Shown: positions 56,061 to 64,000 of the stretch, piece by piece
How the letters are laid out: every line of letters starts with the position of its first letter
How positions within the stretch are numbered: the stretch's first letter is position 1
Source: an uncultured Candidatus Rokubacteria bacterium
GTDB taxonomy: Bacteria; Methylomirabilota; Methylomirabilia; Rokubacteriales; CSP1-6
Reading direction: 5' to 3'
Length of the DNA: 64,000 nt
NCBI GenBank assembly: GCA_963789955.1
Contig: CAWBMV010000034.1
Span: 640,001-704,000, forward strand
Translations under genes and position numbers: made by a program
The notes under the pieces: generated by a model
What the model was told of the DNA's origin: nothing
Database searches by the model: none
What the model saw: only the letters and a program-made list of their open reading frames with translations

Positions 56061-56929
56061 TTATCCCCCTGTCGGATCGAAGCCGAACTGCAGGCCGATC
56101 CTTAGTACGGGTTTCTTGAAATCGTCGGGCAACGGCGGAAACGGTCCGGCGTCGTTGAGCGCCCGGAGGGCGACCTGATCGTAGTACGCGTTGCCCGAGC
56201 TCTTCTCGATCGCGGCCAGGTTCAGCCGGCCGTCGCGCCGGATCTCGAACACGACGATGGGCTGCGAGCCGGGAATGGCTCGCCCGTTCCACTGCGCCCG
56301 AATCTTCTCGGTCACCTGGCGAAGGTAGTACGCGTACGGAAAGTCGGAGACGTTGAGCGTGAGCGGGCCGGCCCCCGACGCCGACCCTGTCGCCGCGCCG
56401 AGCGGTGGCGGCGGGGGGGCGCTGCTCTCGCGCCGAGCCGGTGCCGCGGTCGGCGTGGGCGTCGGTGTCGCGCTCGCCACCTTGGGCAGCTCCTTCTCAT
56501 CGGGCCGCGGCCGGGTTGGCGCCGAGGGCGGCGGACTACGGCGATCGGGGAGCCCGATCGAATCTCGCGCCGGCAGATCGCGCACCGGGAGGTCGCGGGA
56601 CGGGAGGTCGCGAGAGGGCAGATCGCGGGCGACCTCGCGCCGCGGCAGCTCGGCCGGGGGAGCCGGTTTGGGGGCCGGCGCCTCCTCGACCTTCGGAGGC
56701 GGAGGCATGGTGACGCCCTTGGGCGACCCGATGGCCGCGGTCGCCGGAGCGAGCACGACGTACACCGCGGCTTCGTTCGCCGGTCGCTCCACATCGAGGC
56801 GCCAAAGATCACCACCGCGAGCAGGATGACGTGCAGGATCGCGGAGACGAACGTCGGTCCCAGCGGCAGCCGAAGTCGGCCCAGCGCCGGCCCGATGTGG
56901 AACTGCATCCGGAGAGCCCCGGCAGGCAC
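56061..56929 (-). CDS. TolA/TonB-family protein; frameshift near 56790
   Basis: SAILH TM motif, Pro-rich linker, C-terminal Y...I..QW...SSGN..YD..ALRA domain; between tolR and tolB. Confidence 0.82.
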
Positions 56930-56942
56930 TGCCGTCGCGGTC

Positions 56943-57368
56943 TCAGCGCTCCCGAGCCGGCTCGGTGACCATTCCGAGTCGCTCGATGCCCGCGCGACGG
57001 ACGCGGTCCATCGTCTCCACGACCGCGCCGTACGAGAGCGCGGAGTCTGCCTTGAGGTAGAGCGTCTTGTCGTTGCGGTTGGCGAACGCCTGGCGAAGGG
57101 TCAGTTCGAGCCCGTTCGGCGGCACCCGCTTCTCGTTCAAGAAGAGCGTCTGGTCCTTGGTGACGGTGAGCACCATGCGCTCTTCGACGGCGGTGGGCTT
57201 CGACGCGGCCCTCGGAAGGTTGACGTCGATTCCGCGGTACATCATCGGCGCGGTCAGCATGAAGATCAGCAGCAGGACCAGCACGACGTCGACGAGCGGA
57301 ATGATGTTGATCTCGGCGAGGTTGGTGCCGATCCGGCGCGGGCCCTGGGACTCCTCGGCCTTGAACAT
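56943..57368 (-). CDS. tolR: TolR/ExbD
   Basis: EINIIPLVDVVLVLLLIFM, LKAD...YG. Confidence 0.9.
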   Translation of the reverse strand: MFKAEESQGPRRIGTNLAEINIIPLVDVVLVLLLIFMLTAPMMYRGIDVNLPRAASKPTAVEERMVLTVTKDQTLFLNEKRVPPNGLELTLRQAFANRNDKTLYLKADSALSYGAVVETMDRVRRAGIERLGMVTEPARER

Positions 57369-57378
57369 CGCGGCCGGC

Positions 57379-58086
<708 letters not shown>

Positions 58087-58138
58087 GCACGCTCCTTTCG
58101 TTTGCGTTCCGCTTATCTACGGCATTATAACCACATCC

Positions 58139-58894
58139 GTGCGGCGCACCCTCCTCCTCCCGCTCGTGCTCGCCGCGCTCGGCGTGGGTACCCCGGAGGC
58201 GCGGGCCCAGGATGCACGGGCCGCGGTCGAGGCCTTCGTCGCCCGTGTGTCGGACGTCCAGATCAACGACCTCGTCATCGACCAGAACCTGACCCTGTAC
58301 CACCCCGACGGGCAGCGCCGCGTGTCGGGGGGCGAGCAGCGCATGCTGTTCAAGCTTCCGCAGCGCCAGCGCGTGGAGCAGACCGTCGAGGGGCAGCGCG
58401 AGATCCAGCTCACGGTCGGTGACCGCGTCTGGGTGCGGCGGGCCGACGGCAAGGTGTCGCAAGCCGCCGCCCCCGAGGCGACCCGCACGCTCACGCACGT
58501 GCTGGTTCCGGTGAAGCGGCGAGCCGCAGACCTGCTGGCGGATTGGCGTTCGCGGGGCATCCGAGACGATGTGAGTCATGTGACACGCGTGGGGGGCCGA
58601 CCGGTCACGGTGATCGGCGCGCGGCCGGGCGATCACGAGGTTCCGGCGGTGTGGCTCGACCCGGACTATGGCGTCGTGCGGATCGTCACGCGCGAGCGGC
58701 TCCCGAACGGCACGCGGCTGCTCGACCTGACGTTCTCCGAGCATCGGCCGCTGGTCGGTAAGCTCTACTTCCCGTATCGCCAGGAAGTCTTCGTCGACGG
58801 CAAGCTGCTGGTGCTGCTCACCGTGCGCTCGGTGGCGATCAACACCAATCCCGCCGATGCGCTGTTCGATCCCGCCAGCCTGAAGTCACCCTGA
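58139..58894 (+). CDS. Exported LolA/LppX-like beta-rich protein
   Basis: Signal peptide, P.RQRVE, VWLDP, C-terminal N...DALF; fold assignment is inference. Confidence 0.55.
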   Translation: MRRTLLLPLVLAALGVGTPEARAQDARAAVEAFVARVSDVQINDLVIDQNLTLYHPDGQRRVSGGEQRMLFKLPQRQRVEQTVEGQREIQLTVGDRVWVRRADGKVSQAAAPEATRTLTHVLVPVKRRAADLLADWRSRGIRDDVSHVTRVGGRPVTVIGARPGDHEVPAVWLDPDYGVVRIVTRERLPNGTRLLDLTFSEHRPLVGKLYFPYRQEVFVDGKLLVLLTVRSVAINTNPADALFDPASLKSP

Positions 58895-59673
58895 TGCACT
58901 TCGCGTTCCTGGGGACATCGGCTTCGGTCCCGTCCGCCACGCGCGACACGACGTCGATCGTGGTCGTGGTGCCGGCCGGCGCGGTGCTGATCGATTGCGG
59001 CGGCAGCCCGATCCAGAAGCTCCAGCGCGCCGGTATCGATCCGCAGGCGCTCGCGGCGGTCGTCATCACCCACATTCACCCGGATCATTCGTACGGGCTC
59101 CCGGCGCTCGTCCGGAACTTCGGCGTGCTCGGACGTCAGGCGCCGCTGACGATCTACTGCCGGCCGGAGCACGTCGAGCCGCTGCGAAGCCTCCTCACCC
59201 TGTTCAACACGCTCCAGCGCCCCGGCATGTTCACGGTCATCGTGCGGCCCATCGATCTCACGGAGGGCGCCCACGCCTTCGACCTGGGACCCCTGACGGT
59301 CAGAACTTCGCCGAACGACCACGGCGGCATGCCCAACTTCGCCGTGCGGGTGGACGCGGCGCGGGCTCAGAGCCTCGTGTACTCGTCCGACACGCGGCCG
59401 TGTGACGCGGTGGTCGCGCTTGCCCGCGGGGCCGACACCTTGGTCCATGATTCGACGTACTCGGAGCGTCACCGCAGCCGCGCCGGCGGGCACGCGCACT
59501 CGACGGCCGCCGAGGCCGGCGACGTTGCCGCGCGCGCGGGGGTGCGGCGCCTGATCCTCACGCACATCGGCGCCGAGTACCACGACGACGTGGGAGCGCT
59601 GGCCGAAGAGGCCCGCGAGCGGTTCTCCGGCGACGTCGAGGTTGCGCGCGAGCTCGTTCCGTACCCGCTCTAG
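58894..59673 (+). CDS. Ribonuclease Z-like MBL hydrolase
   Basis: FLGTSA, LIDCG, THIHPDH, YSSDT, HDST, AHST, LTH. Confidence 0.8.
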   Translation: MHFAFLGTSASVPSATRDTTSIVVVVPAGAVLIDCGGSPIQKLQRAGIDPQALAAVVITHIHPDHSYGLPALVRNFGVLGRQAPLTIYCRPEHVEPLRSLLTLFNTLQRPGMFTVIVRPIDLTEGAHAFDLGPLTVRTSPNDHGGMPNFAVRVDAARAQSLVYSSDTRPCDAVVALARGADTLVHDSTYSERHRSRAGGHAHSTAAEAGDVAARAGVRRLILTHIGAEYHDDVGALAEEARERFSGDVEVARELVPYPL

Positions 59674-59700
59674 CCTCTCGTCTCACCTCGTTCGCTCGCT

Positions 59701-59837
59701 CGAGGCGCCGCGCCCGGCGAGGGTCGCGGACACGCGACCGACGCCGTCTCCCGCTCGCCCGAATCGCGGCTCTTCGAGCCGCGGGCGGGCGGCACGGCGG
59801 TCACGTCCCGCGACCCTCGCCGGGCGCGGCGTCCTCG
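59701..59837. repeat. 137-bp nested palindrome between convergent genes
   Basis: 24-bp perfect arms 59706-59729 and 59808-59831; inner cgcggctc-ttc-gagccgcg hairpin. Confidence 0.8.
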
Positions 59838-59891
59838 CGTGATCACGGCTGGGACACGACCGGCGCGGTGAGGATGCGATCTGTTTGGAGC

Positions 59892-60464
59892 TCAGCGGGA
59901 GGTGAAGGGGCTGCCGTGGATCCAGAAGCGGAGGCGGAGGTCCACGGCGCGGGTGATCCCGATGCGGGGGCCGGAAGCGATGCGGAAGTCGCGGGGACGG
60001 TCCGGAGGCTCGATCGTGAAGAGGCCGCGGGTAAGGTCGGCCCCGTTTTCGCGCGACGTGATGCCGAGAGCCCGCGTGAGATTGCCAGGTCCGCTGGCCA
60101 GTCGGCTCGAGTCCGCGTCGACTCCCCGCCGCCGCGCCATCGTCGCGAGCCCGGCGACCGGCTCCAGGGCGCGGATCAATACGCATCCCGGGCGGCCCGA
60201 CGCGCCGGCAATGGCGTTCAGGCAGTAGTGGATCCCGTAGTTCAGGTAGACGTACGCGAAGCCGCCCTCACCATAGAAGAGCCAATGGCTGCCGGGCCTG
60301 AACGCCGCGTGCGATGCGGCGTCCTCCGGCCCGAGATACGCTTCCGTCTCGACGATTCGGCCCGCGGTGAGCGAGCGGCCGCGCCGTGATACGACGACGC
60401 ACCCGAGGAGATCGCGCGCGACCGCGCGCGCCGGGCGCGCATAGAAGCGACGCGGCAGCGGCAC
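59892..60464 (-). CDS. mpg: DNA-3-methyladenine glycosylase (MPG/AAG family)
   Basis: GRIVETEAY, AYVY..YGIHYCLN, VLIRALEP, SGPGNL, GPRIGI. Confidence 0.93.
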   Translation of the reverse strand: MPLPRRFYARPARAVARDLLGCVVVSRRGRSLTAGRIVETEAYLGPEDAASHAAFRPGSHWLFYGEGGFAYVYLNYGIHYCLNAIAGASGRPGCVLIRALEPVAGLATMARRRGVDADSSRLASGPGNLTRALGITSRENGADLTRGLFTIEPPDRPRDFRIASGPRIGITRAVDLRLRFWIHGSPFTSR

Positions 60465-61685
60465 CTAGGCGAGGCGCTCGGCGACGAGGCGTCTGAGCGA
60501 GTCGAAATCGAAGGCGACGCCCGTGCGGCTCGGCGGCTCGCCCTCGGTCTTGAGCCCCGTTTCGCTGATGATCGCGCAGATGGTCTGCTCCGGGTCGAGG
60601 CGCTTGTCCGCGAGCAGACGGGCGAGCACTGCCAGGGCGGCGACGCCGGTGGGCCCGGCCCAGACGCCCTCGACCGTGGCGAGCCGCCGCTGGGTCTCGA
60701 GGATCTCGTCGTCCTCGGCGTCGCCGGCCACGCCCTTGCCCTCGCGAAGAAGTCGCAGAACCCACTCGCCTTTCTTGCCGGGATCTCCGGCCGCGAGGCC
60801 TTCGGCGACGGTGTAGCCGATCTTGAGCGGCGTGATCGCCGTGCCGTCGCGAAACGCGCGGGTGACGGCGTTGGCGCGCCGGGCCTGCGCGGCGACCATC
60901 AGCGGCGCGCGCGCGATCCAGCCCGCCTCGCGCATCTCGCGGAAGCCGCGCGCCGTCGCGATGAACGTCTCGCCGACGGCCACGGGCGCGACCACCACGT
61001 CGGGCACCGCCCAGCCCGTCTGCTCGGCGATCTCGTAGGCGAGCGTCTTCTTGCCTTCCTGCTTGTAGGCGTTGCGCGAGGCGCCGCAATCGAAGAAGAG
61101 GTGGTCCTCGACGAGCCGATCCCAGATCTTGATGAGGTCGTCGTAGACACCTTTGTAGATGATGAGGTCCGTCGTCGTCGCGGCCATGTGCAGGAGCTTG
61201 GGCGCCGAGGCCCGCTCGTAGGCGAAGATCAGCGAGCGGAGCCCGGCACGCGCCGAGTAGGCGGCGATCGACGAGCCCGCGTTTCCCGAGCTGACGACGG
61301 ACGTCGCGCGATAGCCGAAGCGCAGCGCGGCGCCGATCGCCGTGGCCGACGAGCGGTCCTTGACGGTCCCGGTGGGGTTCGCGCCGTCGAACTTCAGCAG
61401 GAGCCGCCGCACCCCCAGCTCGCGGGCGAGCCGCGGGCAGTCGAGCAGCGGCGTGCCACCCTCGCCGAGCGTGACCCGATGGGCCGGATCCGCGATCGGA
61501 AGAACCGGTGCGTAGCGCCAGAGGCCCGAGCCCGCGAGCAGCCCCGGGCCGGCGGCGCGCATGCGGGCGATGTCGTAGCGGAGCTCGAGAAGGCCGCGGC
61601 ACGCGCTGCACTCGAGCCGGTAGGTCAGCGGATAGACCGCTCCGCAGTCGATGCAGGTCAGGTTCTCGGCCAGGGATTCGGTCAC
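60465..61685 (-). CDS. Threonine synthase-like PLP enzyme (second paralogue, N-terminal Zn ribbon)
   Basis: CIDC...CSAC, LWRY, TLGEGGTPL, NPTGTVKDR, SSGNAG, EGKKTLAYE, ETGLK. Confidence 0.85.
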   Translation of the reverse strand: MTESLAENLTCIDCGAVYPLTYRLECSACRGLLELRYDIARMRAAGPGLLAGSGLWRYAPVLPIADPAHRVTLGEGGTPLLDCPRLARELGVRRLLLKFDGANPTGTVKDRSSATAIGAALRFGYRATSVVSSGNAGSSIAAYSARAGLRSLIFAYERASAPKLLHMAATTTDLIIYKGVYDDLIKIWDRLVEDHLFFDCGASRNAYKQEGKKTLAYEIAEQTGWAVPDVVVAPVAVGETFIATARGFREMREAGWIARAPLMVAAQARRANAVTRAFRDGTAITPLKIGYTVAEGLAAGDPGKKGEWVLRLLREGKGVAGDAEDDEILETQRRLATVEGVWAGPTGVAALAVLARLLADKRLDPEQTICAIISETGLKTEGEPPSRTGVAFDFDSLRRLVAERLA

Positions 61686-62674
61686 GTGCGCTTGCCGAAC
61701 CGTTCTTCGACCATCGCCAGCATCGTCTCGATGCGGTGGCGCAGGGTGTGTTCCGCGAGCGCGCGGCGGCGCGCGTTGGCGCCGATCTCGCGCGCTTCGT
61801 CGGGGTGCTCGAGGTGCACGTCGAGCTGGCGGCGCAGCTCGCCCAGGTCGCGATAACCGACGATCTCCTCGCCGGGCTTGAAGAGCGGCAGCAGGTCGTC
61901 CTTCAGGTCGACGACCTGACAGGCGCCGGCGGCGGCGAGCTCGAAGGTCCGCGTGTTCACGCCGACGATGTCGTTCATCGGATGGTGGTGGTTGAGCGAC
62001 AGGCTCGACGCGGCGTACACGAGGAGCTTTTCGTTCCCGAACACGGGCGGCCCTGCGATCGCGCGCACCATCGGATCGTCCGCGGCCGTCCAGCCGCCGC
62101 CCCAGAGCTTCAGCGGGTAGTCGCGCAGCGCCCGGACGAAGCGCTCGCGGTACGGATAGCGGTTGCCGACGAACGAGATCTGCGCCCCGTAGCGCTTGGC
62201 CTCGTCCGGTGTCGGCGTCACCGGATGGTGCGCGGACGGCACGCAGTACATCGGCAGGTACGCGAGGTTGCGCAGCCCGACCTGCTCGAGGCTCCTCATC
62301 GCGTAGCGCTCTTTCGTGAAGAAGAGATCGTAGGCCTCGATCGCCTCGAACGGCATCATCCAGAGCGGATTGTCGGGAAAGAAGTTCAGGAAGAGCGCGT
62401 CGATCTTGCGCTTCACGCGCGCGATCAGCGCGGCGGTGATCGGTCCACCCTTGATGACCAGGACCAGACTCGGACGCCAGGCCAGGCACTCGCGCTCGAG
62501 CGATCGGAGCAGGAGCGCCTGGTACGCGCCCTTCGTGCCGCGATTCTTGTAGAGGGCGTTGTCCTTGCGGTATTCGAACGTGCGGACCTCGTGACCGAGC
62601 GCGCGCAGCTCGTCGGCGAAGTCCATCCCCATGAGCCCGGGCCGTTCAAAGGGGAGGACGACCAGCCAGCGCAC
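61682..62674 (-). CDS. CgeB-like glycosyltransferase (Glyco_trans_1_2)
   Basis: FFPDNP, ISFVGN.Y.YR, NTRTFELAAAG, EHTLRHR. Confidence 0.82.
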   Translation of the reverse strand: MRWLVVLPFERPGLMGMDFADELRALGHEVRTFEYRKDNALYKNRGTKGAYQALLLRSLERECLAWRPSLVLVIKGGPITAALIARVKRKIDALFLNFFPDNPLWMMPFEAIEAYDLFFTKERYAMRSLEQVGLRNLAYLPMYCVPSAHHPVTPTPDEAKRYGAQISFVGNRYPYRERFVRALRDYPLKLWGGGWTAADDPMVRAIAGPPVFGNEKLLVYAASSLSLNHHHPMNDIVGVNTRTFELAAAGACQVVDLKDDLLPLFKPGEEIVGYRDLGELRRQLDVHLEHPDEAREIGANARRRALAEHTLRHRIETMLAMVEERFGKRT

Positions 62675-62719
62675 GGCTCGTAGCGTAGCATACGGGCCGC
62701 GCTGTATCATGGCCGCGCC

Positions 62720-63478
62720 GTGAAGGTTCGAGCCCTGCAGCGACAGGTACCTTCGCTCCTGCTCTTCGCCGCGCTGCTCGTGATCTGGCAGGTGTTGCCG
62801 CCTGTCTTCGGGATTCGCGAATACCTGTTACCCGGTCCGGTGGCCGTGGTCCGCGCGGCGCTGAGCTTCTCGATCCCGTGGCATACGCACCTCTGGGTCA
62901 CGACGCTCGAGATCCTCGGCGGCTTCGTGCTGGCCGGCGTCGCCGGTGTCGCGCTGGGCGTCGCGATCGCGTGGTCGCCGACGATCGCGCGAGCGCTGGT
63001 GCCGTTCCTCGTGTTCGTGAACACCCTGCCCAAGGTCGCGGTCGCCCCGCTGTTCCTGCTGTGGCTCGGCTACGGCATCGTGCCGAACGTCCTCATCGCC
63101 GCGCTGATCGGCTTCTTCCCGGTCGTGATCAACACCGCGATGGGGCTCACCCAGGTCGACGACGAGATGCTCGACCTCGGCCGCGTGTTCGGCGCGCCGA
63201 CGTGGAAGGTCTTCCTGAAGATCCGCCTGCCGAACGCGCTCCCGTACGTGCTCTCGGCGCTGAAGATCACCGCGACCGCCGCGGTGGTGGGTGCGATCGT
63301 CGGCGAGTTCGTCGCCTCGCAGGCCGGCCTCGGGATGGTCATCGTCAACGCGCAGACGAACCTCAACACGCCGGTGGCATTCGCCGCGTTGCTCTGGATC
63401 TCGATCATCGGTCTCGCGCTCTACGGCGCCGTGGGCCTGGCGGCCCGCTGGTGGGCCCCCTGGGCCGACACGACCTGA
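62720..63478 (+). CDS. NitT/TauT-family ABC permease
   Basis: LPGP, PKVAVAPL, FFPVVINT, KIRLPNALP, GAIVGEF...GLG. Confidence 0.9.
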   Translation: MKVRALQRQVPSLLLFAALLVIWQVLPPVFGIREYLLPGPVAVVRAALSFSIPWHTHLWVTTLEILGGFVLAGVAGVALGVAIAWSPTIARALVPFLVFVNTLPKVAVAPLFLLWLGYGIVPNVLIAALIGFFPVVINTAMGLTQVDDEMLDLGRVFGAPTWKVFLKIRLPNALPYVLSALKITATAAVVGAIVGEFVASQAGLGMVIVNAQTNLNTPVAFAALLWISIIGLALYGAVGLAARWWAPWADTT

Positions 63479-63510
63479 GAGCGTGGCGCCCACCCCAGGA
63501 GGACATGTCG

Positions 63511-64000
63511 ATGAAGCTGAATCGGACCGCGTATCTGATCGGCGCGACCTTGCTCGTCGCGGCGGCCGGGCTCGGCACGCCGCAGGCCCAGCCGGCACAG
63601 AAGGTCGTGTTCGCGCTGAACTGGTTCGCTGTCGGCGACCACGCCGCGTATTGGGTCGCGCTCGACCGCGGGTATTACCGCGCCAAGGGGCTCGACGTCG
63701 AGCTCCAGAACTCCAAGGGCTCCGGTGACTCCATCGCCAAGGTCGATACGGGCCGCGCCGACGTCGGCCTGGCCGACGCGGTCGTCGTCATCCCGCGCAT
63801 CGCGCAGGGGGCGAAGATCAAGGTCGTCGGGGCGGTGTTCGACAACACCCCGCTGAACATCTGGACGCGCAAGGACACAGGTATCGCCAAGCCGAAGGAC
63901 CTGGAGGGCAAGACGTTGGCGGCGCCGCCCGGTGACGCCCAGCGCCAGCTCTTCCCCGCGTTCGCGAAGATCAACGGCGTCGACGAGGCCAAGGTGAAGT
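63511..64000 (+). CDS. NMT1/THI5-like ABC substrate-binding protein; runs off the window
   Basis: AGGAGG SD; MKLNRTAYLIG signal peptide, LNWF...HA...VALDRGYY...GLDV, KPKDLEGK. Confidence 0.88.
   Translation, partial: MKLNRTAYLIGATLLVAAAGLGTPQAQPAQKVVFALNWFAVGDHAAYWVALDRGYYRAKGLDVELQNSKGSGDSIAKVDTGRADVGLADAVVVIPRIAQGAKIKVVGAVFDNTPLNIWTRKDTGIAKPKDLEGKTLAAPPGDAQRQLFPAFAKINGVDEAKVK

Noticed and set aside
62675..62719. TPP riboswitch upstream of the NMT1/THI5-like ABC genes
   Set aside because: 45-bp divergent spacer with no TPP aptamer motif; substrate left unassigned

Overview
64 kb of very GC-rich, gene-dense bacterial chromosome from a diderm organism (Tol-Pal, BamD, LolA-like protein). Gene style and intergenic palindromes suggest a Candidatus Rokubacteria/Methylomirabilota-like genome; this is inference, not a search result. 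Content is mostly core metabolism: mltG, a stand-alone rpoA, dapL-comEC-comEA-ADH-lysC-thrC-hom-alaC, M23 peptidase, oppDF, ltaE, bamD, a DUF1445/pxpBCA cluster running into gcvTHPAPB, a lipoate ligase, pepA, a GldA/F/G-DUF4340 ABC system, tolQRAB-pal-cpoB, an RNase Z-like gene, mpg and a NitT/TauT ABC system. About 20 genes, including conserved housekeeping ones, are broken by small indels, most likely long-read consensus errors, so some boundaries are approximate. No rRNA, tRNA, CRISPR array or transposase was seen. Best leads: (1) a short, degenerate AAA+ ATPase ending in the proteasome-docking motif GQYL, in an operon with a DUF151 nuclease that has a hydrophobic N-terminus; (2) an rpoA outside the alpha operon with a diverged assembly domain and intact CTD, possibly a second alpha subunit; (3) two copies of a ~140-155 bp inverted-repeat element with co-varying arms and a conserved 19-nt core, plus three other intergenic palindromes; (4) a sigma54+IHF promoter and many apparent leaderless or bidirectional -10 promoters.
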